Below, piece after piece: positions 50,983-63,570 of a DNA stretch of 64,000 nucleotides. The translations under genes and the position numbers were made by a program. Below the pieces are notes generated by a model, which saw nothing but the letters and a program-made list of their open reading frames with translations, ran no database searches and was not told where the DNA came from. Positions within the stretch are counted from its first letter, which is position 1; each line of letters begins with the position of its first letter. This DNA comes from Amphiscolops sp. MND2022 (taxonomy: Eukaryota), in contig OZ076415.1 in NCBI GenBank assembly GCA_964187785.1, positions 37,758,001 through 37,822,000 of the forward strand, written 5' to 3'.

Positions 50983-53900
50983 ATGATGGATCCTATTCAT
51001 CTATCTAATCCTTTACCAGCTGACGAAAAACTACTATCACGAGTTAGGGGTGCGCACAAGGTTGCCTTTAAAAAGCTCGAAAAGAAACTCACTTCCTAAC
51101 CACGGTGATTGCAACGCCAAATCAACTGGTTGAAGCCGAAGCACTTCTGAAGACGCTTTAAGACAAGATCCAAGTCATCCATCGGTATGACGCTGAGATA
51201 GAACTACTTCTCGATGATAATGATCAACTGTCTCAAGACATGGAGCTTTCGACACAGTTCCATCACAACGCAAGTGTGACTGTTGCACGTTTGTCAGCAC
51301 TGATTGACAATTATAAATGGGCATCAGAAGCCACGGGTACTCTCCACGTACATCTATAAACGATGGGAGCCAGAATTCAAGCAAACTAAAACTCCTGAAA
51401 CTTCAATTTCTATCCTTTACGGGTTCTTATACGGACTGGATGGGCTTTGCCGATCTCTTCAGAGCATCTGTCGACTCCAACAACCCATTATCGAACTCTG
51501 AGAAGCTGAACTATTTGAAAGCTTGTGTCAAAGGAGAAACAACCAAGCTGATTAGCTCAGTTACGATCACTGATTAAAACTACGGAATCGCTTGGGAACT
51601 TCTGCACAAACGCTATGAAAACAAAAAAAGAGCATTGTACAATCCCATTCACAGACAATTTGGACTCAAGGCTCACTGAAGTGTGAATCCTCAACCGGTT
51701 TGAGGAAACTAATTGAAACAACAAACGAGAACCTCAGAGTCTTGACAGAGCTGGGACAACCAGTGGAGTACTGGGATGCAACTCTCGTTCATTCTCTGTC
51801 TGAGAAGATGGATCCGGAATCACGCAAGCAGTCGCAGCTGGGCCATCCCGGAACAGACCTCCTCACATGGAAACCGCTTTCCATGGATAAGCGAATCCAC
51901 TCATACTCAGTATCCAGCCCATCGTGCGAAAATTGCAGAATCACAAGTTGAATTGTTGTCCTCAGTTCAAAGCCATGCCAGGTGCCAATCGAAATCAATT
52001 CGTCAAAGAAAAAAGACTCTGTTTTAATTGTCATTATCCTGATCACTCTTCGAAAGATTGCCAGTCAAAGTTCTCTAGCCGCGAGTGTAAGATGACGCAC
52101 CACACGCTGCTCCATCGAACTCAAAGGCCTTCCAATCTACCTCAAGTCGGTGACAACGGGAGAAACACTCTTCAAGCTAGCGGTAGTTCGGCGCCTCACA
52201 AACACTGGAACTCTAAGTTCACAACAGGGCATTTGAACACTGATAATCAGAACATTACAGTACTACTCTCCACTGTAGTTGTCTCTATACGAAATAGGAG
52301 TGGCAAGCCAATCAGAGTGCGAGCACTCTTGGATTCCGGGTCCCAAGCCAGTTTTATCACTGCAAACATGGCGAAGGCCCGAATGCTTTCGACAAGAAGT
52401 AATCAAGCTACGATTACGACACTTGTTCCAACACAGACCCAAAAGACTTATGGAATCTTGTCGACCACAATCAATGATGCGGTAGGTGTTACTTTGCATC
52501 TGATCTCAAAAATTACCAATGTGATACCTTCTCGGGAGACTGATATCTCACAAATGAGACACATCAACCATCTGATTCTAGCAGACCGAGATCGAGCATT
52601 AACATTCCAAGCAAAGTAGATGTACTTCTAGGAGTCGATGTTGTTGAAGAAATCCTCCTAGAGAACAAAATCAAAGACAATGGACTCTATCTAAAAGACT
52701 CCACTCTTGGCTGGGTTGCATCCGGTCCAGTCGCGACCTCGCATGCAAACTCCATCACAACACATCTGGTAATTTCTTCTGAAGCAGACAGAGACCAGTT
52801 GTTGTCAAAAGTTTGGGAACTAGAAAGCTTCCCCGAGTAAAAACACTTGACTGCTGAAGATCGCAAGTGTGAAAAGCATTACAAAGCCACTACTCCACGA
52901 AATACCGAGTGAAGATTTGTGGTCCAAATGCCAATCAAGGAGGAATCACAAAGGCTTGGCTACAGCAAAGCAAATGCAATGAAGCGATTTCTTCGCTTGG
53001 AGCAGACACAGCATCGAGATGAGTCTCTCCTCAAGAAATACGGAGATTTCATTCAAGAATTTCGCGACCTTGGTCATCTCGAAAAAATTGAAAACCTAGA
53101 GTTGGATGTTTCCTAAACTATTACCTCCCACATCATTGTGTGCTGATGGAAGACAGCTCGACGACAAAATTGCGTGTTGTTTTTGACGCGAGCTCGAAAA
53201 CAACCACAGGCGTCCCTCTGAACGAATGTCTACTTGTCGGTCCGAAGGTTCAAGAAGACCTCCTCGATATTTTGGTCAGGTTTCGATTCTTCAAAGTTGC
53301 CATGTCAGCCGACATTGCAAAGCTGTATCGGCAAATGGAACTCTGCAAAAAGGATAAAGTCTATCATCGTATATTTTGGCGCTTCGACAGGCAGCAACCA
53401 ATCGATACCTACAGAGTGACACGCGTAACCTACGGTGTCGCAAGCAGTTCCTACCACGCTCGTTAAGTGCGCAAATCTTGAAAGAGTTTCGCCTGAAGCT
53501 CAAACCTCAAAAAACTTCTATATTGATGGCAAGTTCACTGGAGCCAGTTCTGTTGAAGAAGCCAAAAAATTACAGAATGATTTGATTCAGGCACTGAAGC
53601 AGGCTAAATTTGACTTTCGAAAATGGACATATAGTGAAGCCTAACTCGTTCTTTCTCTACCCCCGAGTATGGAGAAGCCAACGACAACTTAGAATTTCCC
53701 GAAAATGACCACACCATAAAAACACTGGGGATCGTTTGGAACCCTATTCAAGATGTTTTCCTCTTCAAAGTTGCTCATGTTGAAGAAGACACACAAGAAT
53801 AATGTCACAAAGCGACAACTGCTGAGTGACATTTCAAAGTTTTTGATCCGCTCGGTTGGCTTTCTCCTGTAAAAATCCAGCCGACCCTGCATCACGGGGC

Positions 53901-55670
53901 ATTGATACAGATGCAATCCAGGAACATTGTTGTGGAATGGGCCTGACTGGTTTATCACCGGAAATTCGCTGAACACTTTTTTCCCGACGAAGGTCTCGAA
54001 GGACAGAAAAACTCAACGATAATATTCTTTCACGCTTCCGCTGCTCTCGATCAAGATGCTCTCAATTTGTCAAAATACAATTCCTTTTACAAAGCTTTAC
54101 GAGTTCTTGCGAACATTAAACGTTTTGAATCGAAACTGAAGAAAGAGTTGAAAGACTTCCCTCGATACATGACAGCCACCGAACTTGCCGACTCGACGAT
54201 GATATTACTGCGGCAGGAACAACGCAAGGCATACAGTGAAGAAATCAAGACTCTGAAAATAGACCTGCATGTAAAAAAGGAAAGTAAAATCTTGAAACTT
54301 TATCCTTTCTCCGACGATGGCGTACTTTGTGTTGGCGGAAGATTAGCCCACGCTAACCTTCCTCTGACGAAAGCAAGTATCAGCGTTTGATTCTGCAAAG
54401 TAGTCATCTAACCAGACTGGTTGCGTCAAACGCTCATCTGTCGACAGTTCATGGAGGAACAACACAAGTGATGGCACACATCCGCACTCGTTTTTGGATC
54501 CCAAGCTGCCGTTCACTTCTATGAAAGTTAGTTCGGAATTGCGTCGGCTGCAATCGATTCAATATCAAGCCCTCTCAATGGGAGATCTACCTAAAGAACG
54601 TGTCGATGTCTCAACAAAGGCTTTCGAAAGTGTAGTAAATGTCTTTGCAGGCCCTTTCCTATGTCGAAAATTGGCACGGAATGTTCTCAAGTCATATATG
54701 GCACAGTTTGGCTGTTTTGAAAGTAAAGCAGTGCATATCGAGGCAGTGTCCGACAAGACAACACCAGCATGCTCCGCAGCCTTGAGAAGATTCGTTGCCA
54801 GAAGAGGGTGCCCGAAGTAATTTACAGCGACAAGCGAAGCAACTTTAATGGAACCCGAGCAGAGATCTCACAATTGCAAAAAATCTTGAAAGCAGTACAT
54901 AAAGATTCCTTACAAACCGTTGCAGCTGGCCTCCTATTCAATTGGAACTTCATGCATCTAAGAGCTCCGCATTTTGGAGGTCTGTGGGAGTCCGCAATCA
55001 AGCGATCAAAGCAACTTCTACGAAAAGTGATGGGCAACAAGGTACTTTCGTTCGAAAAACTAACCACACTCTTTTGCCAAATTGAGTTAATTCTGAACTC
55101 ACGCCCACTTTGCCCGCTACTAGAATCGACTGCAACGTAATAGCATTTGTTAGTGGATTACGCTGCACGCTTTCCAAAACTGCCGTCCAGCGAAATCCGC
55201 TGCAAAAATTCAAAATACCCACTTTTGGCACTGTAATGTATCTAAAGATCCCAATGATGACACAATTTTGACTCCTGCCCACTGTGTCTTGGTGGACGCT
55301 TGCATCCCTGCAGCTCAAGGAGAGTGATGGTGTTCTCAGATCCGAAACAATCGATGACGCCAGTGACGCAACGCCAGTAAAAATGGGCTCATTTGCAAAA
55401 TCTAATCAACCACTTCTGCAAAAAGTGGACAAAAGAGTACGTGACGACCCTCCAGGAACGCAATAAATGGAAACAAGAGACTTCCAGCCTAAAAGTGGGT
55501 GATGTCGTCTACGTGACTGACGATAACACACCTCGTCTTCAGTGGCCTGTAGCAAGGGTATTCTACGTCTACAGTGGCCATGACGAAGTTTGTTCGAGTG
55601 GTGAAGATCAACACCGCCAACGAGACATACAACAGATCAGTCCACAAACTGCGAGAACTCTTTGACGTCC
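50983..55670 (+). pseudogene. pol: BEL element 2 gag-pol remnant
   Basis: KLQFLSFTGSYTDWMGFADLF...EKLNYLK (gag); LCFNC..PDH.SKDC...C...HHTLLH; VRALLDSGSQASFIT (protease); LRVVFDASSK...LNECLLVGP...ADIAKLYRQ (RT); FAGPF...AVHIEAVSD...GGLWES (integrase); KWTKEYVTTLQERNKW (C-terminus). Confidence 0.95.
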
Positions 55671-55760
55671 CGCAAAAGGATAATCACTAAAAAAACTTTC
55701 ATCAACAAATTTGTAATTTTGATTTATCTTTGTTTCAAATGTTTCTCTTAATTTCCCCTA

Positions 55761-55780
55761 GGAAATCAAGGCGGGCAGTA
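55761..55780 (+). other. Polypurine-tract-like sequence of BEL element 2
   Basis: GGAAATCAAGGCGGGCAGTA directly before the 3' LTR. Confidence 0.6.
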
Positions 55781-56044
55781 TGTTCGCAACTTTCAAAATA
55801 TGACTCATTCTTAACTTTCAAAATATGATTCAAAATGTCAGAACGTATTGTGACGTGTTTTATGTCTTCAATCCCATTGACAAATGCTCTTATTTTCATT
55901 ATTCTGCTATTTCAACACATGAATGACTCAAATCAATGATTCTCTTTTTGTAACTATGGTTTTTCTCCGGAATGGGCAGGATGGTCCGCTGAAATGAAGA
56001 AATCAAGAGTCCGTGATTGTTACAACTGAGCATCGGCGAGACCA
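55781..56044 (+). repeat. BEL element 2, 3' LTR
   Basis: Same 264-bp sequence and termini as 49409-49672. Confidence 0.95.
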
Positions 56045-57086
56045 CTTATCGTTAGAAATTAACTTCTAATATTCAAATGCCGTCGAATATAATCCCATAC
56101 TAAAGTGACAATCAGTACCAAAAATAATTACTCAAAAATGTACCCAAATCTTTTTCATATGAATCTGTCAGTGCAAAGACAACCGCGAAATGAACAGTTT
56201 CCCTTTCGAAAAAAAATCTCTGCATCGTAAAATTATACAGTGCAGGTGATTAGTTTCCAGCTAGTTCTGAAGAAAGAGACGCAAGGATATTTAAGGAAAA
56301 ACCGTCAGATGTAATTTTGGAGTCTTTAAAGTTCTCAAACTACCATTCTAAATTCCCAGTCCCAGAAAAAAATACGAAACTGCTCAAGTTTTGAACAAAA
56401 TTTGGGTGTCTTTTTTGTTCTTCCAGAGCATTTCGTTTTTTCATACTTTCTGAAACTGACAAAAACAGACGATGAATTTTACCATTAAACATACTCACAG
56501 TCAAGTCACATTTGAGGGTAAAATGCGTGAACAATGCAAAACAAAATTACATAATCAATAATGTAATCAATTAAGAAATTTTCTAAATTTTCTAACAGCC
56601 AGCCAGTATAGCACCCGTAAAAAGCTTTCCCATTTTAGGGCTTCGTTGAGGTAAAAACAGGAACATTTTATATCTAAGTTGTTTGCGGTGGTTACATTAT
56701 TAGAGAATTTTTCTTACGTTTAAAGAAGCAAAAAATGTTGTCAGCATAATTAACGGAAATGACAACGAAAGAGACCACAAAAGACTTCTTCCCAAGCGAG
56801 GAAGAAATATAGAAGGACGTATAATTTTAACTGTAATTCAGATCAACTTGGAATAAAGGCACGAATTGGCTATACAACAGACGTCACTTTATTACATACA
56901 TGTGCAGAGTTGAACATTTTTTTACATTTTCCAATGTAATTTGAAAGCAATACAAACAGGAAGTCCTTTAGCAAGTATTGAAACGATAAAATAGGATCAG
57001 TGGAATGCGACACCGGCCGATTGGCAATAGGCCATCGCATCACTCAATTCACATCCCCATACCCCCTCCCATTCCATTTATATTAC

Positions 57087-57173
57087 CTACATAGACGCAC
57101 ATGAAGCACGCGAGAAAAGAAATGACAAAAAGATTCGTCAATTGGGCACCATTTAGTTGTCGAAGAAGGTCCT
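57087..57173 (-). CDS. Candidate internal host exon encoding a transmembrane helix
   Basis: 87 bp, bounded by a pyrimidine-rich ...GCAG acceptor and an AG|GTAAT donor, phase 1-1, with an open frame (E)DLLRQLNGAQLTNLFVISFLACFMCVYV(G). Confidence 0.33.
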
Positions 57174-58679
57174 CTGCACGTGGCAGAAACATGAATGAAC
57201 ATGAGGGAAACATAGTTTGTCGCCAATTTGTCGATTTTCTCCCACACTGATTTGGTCCGTACGTGAACAAATGTAGTAAAATGTTAAGTAGCAAAAAACA
57301 TTGAAGCATTAATTTTTATGAAGTGTGTGTTGATGACACGAATTGGTCTGTAGATGAGGAAAACATCATACCAAACTATAGATACTTTAATCATTGAACA
57401 TGTGGTAATGTCGACACCGTTTTAAACTCCAGAAACAGCGAATGGAAGGAAGAAGATTTTTGTGTCCAACAGGGTACCTAAAACTAATCAGTTCCACTTA
57501 ATTTTTATTGACAACACAAAAATGGTGATAAATTGGTAATAGCAATTACATCAATATATTCACGTCAGAAATATTGAATAAAGTCAAACGATCGTACGGA
57601 GAAAATTCATATCAAACGACAACTATATCAAGCGACAACTCATATAAAACAACAATTAATATAAATCGAAACTCATATCACAAAATTAAATCCTATATAA
57701 AAAAGTTTTAAAATTTCATTCCAAATATTTAAATGAAATAATTAGAGAAATTCAGTTGATTTATAAGCAATTATTAGAATATAGTAACAGAATTTTATCG
57801 TACTTATTAGTGCCATTGAATATCATACCTTCCTCCAAAGGGTCGCATAAAATAATTTTCTATGGAGAATTTTAAAAAAACACGAGTGTGCAGAAAAAAT
57901 AACACACACAATATTCTGTGTTACTGAATCTTCAACGTATTTCAAATAGTCAAATAAGGAGGGTATGAAAACAACTATTCAACCGCTTAAAAGCAGAGCC
58001 TTCGTGAATTAAAAAAGCATTATTGCTGCAAAACCGGTTAGTATTTTTGAAAAATGGATTACTTAACAAAAGATTTATACTTCAGAAGGCTGCATGGTTC
58101 TGGAAAAGGGAATCTTTCAAACCACATTCTGCAACTACAACGACAGGCATGCCTCTTTTTCTGCGAACACCTAGACTGTGAGACTTTTCAATGCAGCTTG
58201 AAAACCAGCCATTATCTCAGCCAATGTTAGAACGACAAGTATCCTCCAATTTCGTTGATTTTTTCGAATTAGAAAATGTTTGATTTTGTCGAACGCTTTC
58301 GCTTGAAAACCGACCAGTCAACGAAATAACTACTCTTCATGTAAATTAGTCCCTGGTTCAAAAAACCTCCACGGAAGAACAATAGGTTTCCATCAACTTA
58401 AAAAGTTAATACTAACTTTATGTTTTCATCAACTTTAATATTAACATATGTTTCCATCAACTTGCACTTCAACCAATGTAGTTAAAAAGTAACAACATTG
58501 CTTGAAGTGCAAAACGGTTATAACCTCGAAAACTCGAATTTATTTTATTCTTCCAAAGAGAAACTTTGATAATGAAATGGATAAAAGTACTTATAATGAG
58601 CCGCCCAAAAGTGCGAAACGGAAAGAGACGAATAAGAAAAGACTACAGCGTTGCTATTTTGCTCTCAACAGTAACAATT

Positions 58680-58910
58680 CAGAGGTTTGGGTTTTTATTC
58701 ACACTGCTCAAGGACGTATCAGGGGGTCTTTTCTCTGAGTAATATGGCAGTAAATGGCTTCGTCTACAAACGAAGCAGAGATATATTTGTGGCAGACAGA
58801 CCCCATCTCATGGCCCCTTCTTGGCTGACTTTCAGAAGCTGTCTAAATTTTTATGTAAGCTGAAGTACCACTTAGTCATTTGCGGATTTTTCAAAATTGA
58901 TTCTTTTCCT
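58680..58910 (+). pseudogene. Possible LINE apurinic-endonuclease remnant
   Basis: Broken frames give a GFFIH-like block and YHLVICGFFKID, which resembles the APE GDFNID motif. Short and degenerate. Confidence 0.25.
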
Positions 58911-59029
58911 TCGAGAGACAAAGCAAATTGCTAAAATGTTCTTTCAATATGCAATTTCAAAAGGCCACACAATGAAGCTGCAGAATAGACAACTGTTTCA
59001 CCACACATTTTGTAGTTGATAATTATAAA

Positions 59030-59215
59030 AAAATCTTTTTATTATCTTAGAATTTTGTCCATCGTGATAAGATACGATCTTGGAATAATGTATTATCTTA
59101 GTAAGATCTTAATAAGAATCTTGCCATGGGATCCATGGTTGCCAAGATGTAGTAAGAATTTGGCAAGATCTTGCCAAGACAGCCAAGATGCTAGTAAGAG
59201 GGTCAACCCGGGAAG
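59030..59215 (+). repeat. AGATCT-palindrome repeat family, right-end copy
   Basis: TAAGATCTTA, GCCATGGGATCCATGG and GGCAAGATCTTGCC palindromic units, ending GAGGGTCAACCCGGG. Confidence 0.7.
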
Positions 59216-60689
59216 TTACCGTAACGAACATGAACAAGCAGAAACTTCAGAAAATATTTTTCACTGTTTTGGTAGAAGTTTTTTTGGAAAATTAGAGAGC
59301 CAAAACGAGAAACGCTAGTGGATGAGCAATGCTCATTTCGAGACACATACCGATAAAACGGATTTCAGCCACGCAGCGTATTCTGTTCAAGACTTAAGTT
59401 TCAAACAACAACAACAGAACACAAGGTAATTTGTTGTTTTTTTTCTGATCGACAAGGGGAGAAATCCGGATGGAATAGCACCATAACAACCATGGAACCC
59501 AGTGCCTGGTTTGAACATGAAACTCAAAACTATAAGAGACACAGTGGCACTGTGGTATTTTCAGTATATTCTGCTAAAGGCGTCTATAGAAAACAAGACG
59601 ATATCGTATAAATTCGATGTCCCGCTTAAAATTCGAAAAGCGCAAAATCTAATAGAAATCCAATGGACTGCGGGATCTAAAAACGTTTTTCTTCCAATGA
59701 AAACATCAGAAGACATCAAATTTGATGAAAAAAAAATCGAGAAAAGATATGACCCTTCAGGTTTGGAAGTTCTATGACGGGGAAAGTGGACGCTACGCAT
59801 ACATTGTGGTTCGGCGAAAAAAATAGTCACTCTAAAAGTCGGGAACAGTTTCTTTGAAAAGTCAGACACTTACAGGTATTATTGCTTGTCGGAAACAGTA
59901 ACGGGTACCAAGTTGAAAAATACCGAGGTTTGGCAATGAAACGATCCAAGCGCTTGCCAAAATGAGGACTAATTAGTAAAAAAAAATTCAAAAAAATGTA
60001 CAATGCCTCTCGGGCTAAAAAAAACAACACCTCCAAAAAGTTTGAAAAAGTAAAAAACTGGACCGTCCGCGTGACGCCTTGTGCAATAATCTCATTTCCA
60101 TAAAAGATTGCATGGTGCCGGAATTGCCAAAAAAGGACACTATAGGCATGAAAAAATGCAATTTGCTATACGAAAGCAGAAAAGGATACTGTGTGGTGAA
60201 AAAAATCGATAAAAATTGTAAAGAGTTGGAAAAATCTTTGCCCGCTACAAAAAACAATTGCTTTCATTGACTTCAAATTTCTTAAAAGAGCCACAAAGTG
60301 CCGAAGTAGCTACATAACAGCATCTTTGGCTTGAAGAACTCTTTTCCCTAACAGAAAACAACCGGGGCACAGCTCAAGTGTGTGCCCCGCTAAGCGCTCA
60401 AATTGACTAAAGTCATTGAAGATGCTCAATAACAAACATTAGGAAGACTCGTCAATATCACACTGAATAACTGAAGAGATTATCCTCGAAAATGAAAAGT
60501 TTTTTTTTAAATATAAAAATATCAAAAAACCCAAATTTTTGGAAAAAACTTTTCTTCGAAATATTCATCTGCGAAAATTTTTTTTGGATAACATTTCATT
60601 CTTGGATAAAGTCGATGGGTTTCGAAAATCCAAAAAACAGCTAAGTTCGCAAACCGGTTTGGTTTCGCTAAAATCATTTTTCCGAAAAA

Positions 60690-61300
60690 AATCAATGATG
60701 ACTTTTTTGAAAGTTGGTCGGATTGTAATTGGAAGTTGCTTCAGAACTTTTGAAAGAAACATTCAAATTCAAACGAAAGTATTGAAAAGTTTTGCATCGA
60801 ACACTCACTTAGTGGAATATGTAACCAAAAACAAGTTGAGATAGATACTCAACCAAATGCTGACATGTTCTCCGACATTTTTATGTCGAATTTACCGATG
60901 CAAGAGATGCGGACCAACCTTCCCAGTTTGGAAGAAAAATATTGCACTCAAAATCACTTACCTTGGTTATGACGAATTGAGCAATGAAATAAAATTTTGT
61001 TCACTTGTTATTGAAAATCAGGTGACTGAAGCATTCAGTTGCATCATTGAGCAAAAAACACCTTCCTCAAGTACATAGTTCTTTAAATCAGACAAGATTG
61101 TTACGATTTTTTGAAGAAGCTAAGAAGTGTCTGGAAAAACGGAAGGCTAATGATAATGCTACGCTCGATGGGCAAAACCTCCTCAAAATTTCATTGTAAT
61201 CATTTTCTTAATTCGCTGTACTTTCATTATCAAAAAAAGACAGCTCACAAGAAAACCATTCAAATGCTGGAAAAAGCACTCTCTTGTAATTGCAGGTAGT
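60690..61300 (+). pseudogene. hAT transposase remnant (Charlie/Buster/ZBED5-like)
   Basis: One frame from 60859 gives ADMFSDIFMSNLPMQEMRTNLPSLEEK...RIEQ...SIQLHH*AKNTFLKY. This aligns nearly ungapped to the Charlie/Buster pattern ADIFS.LN..NL.MQG...K...I..HL..L...F.KYF as I recall it. Several stops; no TIRs identified. Confidence 0.6.
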
Positions 61301-61429
61301 ATTGTGACAGATTTCACACAATAAATTACTCCAAAAATTCCTGAGCAAGCATGACACATCGGTATGTTTGGAATTTGCGATTAACAGTAAAAATGTAGGT
61401 CTAGCGCATATTTTAATTTATATATTTTT

Positions 61430-63570
61430 TTCGCAACGATTTTTCTTCTAATATGCTTCTCCACAAAGCCTGTAAACTTTCCAGGCGAACACTTCGATGA
61501 AGCTCATATTAGGCTCTTCGCCGTACATCCTCATAAGGTGTTTTCTTGGTTGCTGAGTGCGAGAGCAGGCTTTTGATGTAAAAATGCATAGTTCAGTGAC
61601 CATGTCCGTTATTCTTTGTCCATTCTGGCTCGATCGATCACACAAAAAGTGAGTGCACAAATGGTTCCCCAGACTTTCCCAAGTTTGTAGCTTTTCTCCG
61701 GTGTATACGGTGCAGATGTTAATTATCTGATGCATTTGTTCCGAAGAAATTTCTTCATGTCTTAGCCCACAAACTCTTTCACACAGTCAGTTACAATTGG
61801 CTGACTTATATTCCTTGGTTGACTTATATTCCCAGTGCTGCTCATATTTAGCAGCCACATCGTTACGGCGTCTCAACTTACTGTACCGACTTTGACTATC
61901 TTGGAATCCAATGGTGTACTTTTAACCAGACACCGAAAAGGGTGGCATAGGGCATAGAACGTCGCAATGAACGCAACCCACTGTCTCTTTTGCCTAGGTA
62001 ATGCCGCCTCGGGATCCAGGTCTCGTTTTGACTTCGGTAAACCACTTCAAACAAAATTCTTCAAATACGATCGCGTCATTTTCACACAAATGCATCCCGT
62101 CTACATAATACTCCTGCCTTTTAAAACCAGTTATTATGACCCTGTTGGCCATGCAACTTACTAAGTTTACTAGGGAGGCACGTCAAACGCTTGATTGCCC
62201 TCAAATCGGGACAACAAATTGTTCTCTGCTCAATGTAAAATGGTTCAATGAGACGTTTTTGAAAAGTTATGAATCTCAACGTCCACTTTCTTCAATCGTG
62301 CTCCTGACAAAAGGTTTCTGTCGAACAAACGCACGTACAAAGCATCTCTAAACACGATTTTCCTCACGTTTTCTCCGTTATCCTTTGCACTGAAGACAGC
62401 ACTGAAGACGGCCTCTTCCGCACAGTCGTATCGCTGTCTTCTTAACAAATCTACGGATTCTATCTCCTCATTCAGTTAGGCAAACAGTTTCCTGTTTTTG
62501 ATCATGTGGTTCGTACAACCGCTTCCACCACCAAATCAATGTTTCTCATTTCATCATCTTCATTTGTAAGCAATGAACATTGTACTTTCTCAATTTCACC
62601 TGAATGATCCTATTGCACTGCTAACATGGCCTCGTCGGTCCGCTGGTTGCATTGGTTTCCTCTCATTTTGAAACAGATACGGAAGGAGTGTCCTCTTCTC
62701 TCAAAGTTGAGACAAAATCTCTTTCCGAATTTCGATGGTTACTATCGCTGAGAGTTATTTGCAAGCGACTATCCTTTGCTATATGTCCAGAATTACTGCA
62801 TTCGAAACAGACGCGCGAAGTTACCCAAAACGGTTGGCTTGTTCAGTCTGTTCCCGCGCTTTTTGTGTATCTCAAACTATTTGTGACCTGGTCCTCCACA
62901 GTATGAAACAAGGTGTTTATCCTTCGTTACGACGTTGTTTATCCTCTTGGTTTCATTCCGTCGGTGTAGAAATTAAACAGATCTTTCTTCACCTCACCGA
63001 AACACGCGATTTCCTTGGTAAGCTTTACGAGGCCACGAAAGTTCTCGAACTTCTTCCAACGACCTTTTAAAAAGATTGCAAGAAACATTTGCTTGCCCAG
63101 TGCGTCGTTCACTTGACTCAAATTAAACTGTAGATCTTCAGTTTTTGTAATGTAATCATTATTGGCTTCGTTTTGGTCCTTTTTGAATGAGGACAATCTC
63201 TCACTCAGCTGAAGCAACTGAGGACTTTCAAACGTCTCAAAACGGTCACATAAATGTTACCACGCAGCTGGACTATCACCTTTGTGACTTCTGACGGACG
63301 ACAGAGTTTTTGTTCAAGCGTTGTAACAATTCGCACCAGATGCTATACTTTTATCTTCAAAAACTTCCGCTGCTTTTTCATCAGGTTTTCTTTTAATGAA
63401 GCACTCTTTGCTTCTGTTCTGCAAAACTCAATACCTTCGCTGCCATTCAGTACACCAAACAACCTCAACAAATACACTGTAGCCTCGAACAGTTCACAAT
63501 ACAATACAAAGTCATACGCTCTCCCCAAAAATGTTAGACTTGCTCACTTCGTTTGCACATTCAGAGCCAT
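61430..63570 (-). mobile_element. Ty1/copia retrotransposon remnant (gag-protease-integrase; RT, RNase H and LTRs not found)
   Basis: Minus strand: gag from ATG 63570 (WCELLQ...HKGDSPAAW.HLCDRF...DYITKTEDLQ); protease VV(D)SGCTNHM at ~62520; IVFRDALYV..NLLS; integrase VHCDVLCPMP..SVSG.KY...DSQSRY, SAPYTPE and TPYE.MYGEEPNMSFIEVF. Integrase directly after protease is the copia order. Confidence 0.85.

Larger units (their letters stand above)
49409..56044 (+). mobile_element. BEL/Pao LTR retrotransposon 2 with an extra SGNH-hydrolase gene upstream of gag
   Basis: Two 264-bp TG...CA LTRs, about 90% identical. Gag (DUF1759-like block, Zn knuckles), protease LDSGSQ, Pao RT, integrase and a C-terminal DUF5641-like block. 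TSD not conserved. Confidence 0.95.

Noticed and set aside
49404-56049. Target-site duplication for BEL element 2 (and for BEL element 1)
   Set aside because: The flanks TTTCT and CCTTA do not match; for BEL1 the 3' boundary is too degenerate to test.
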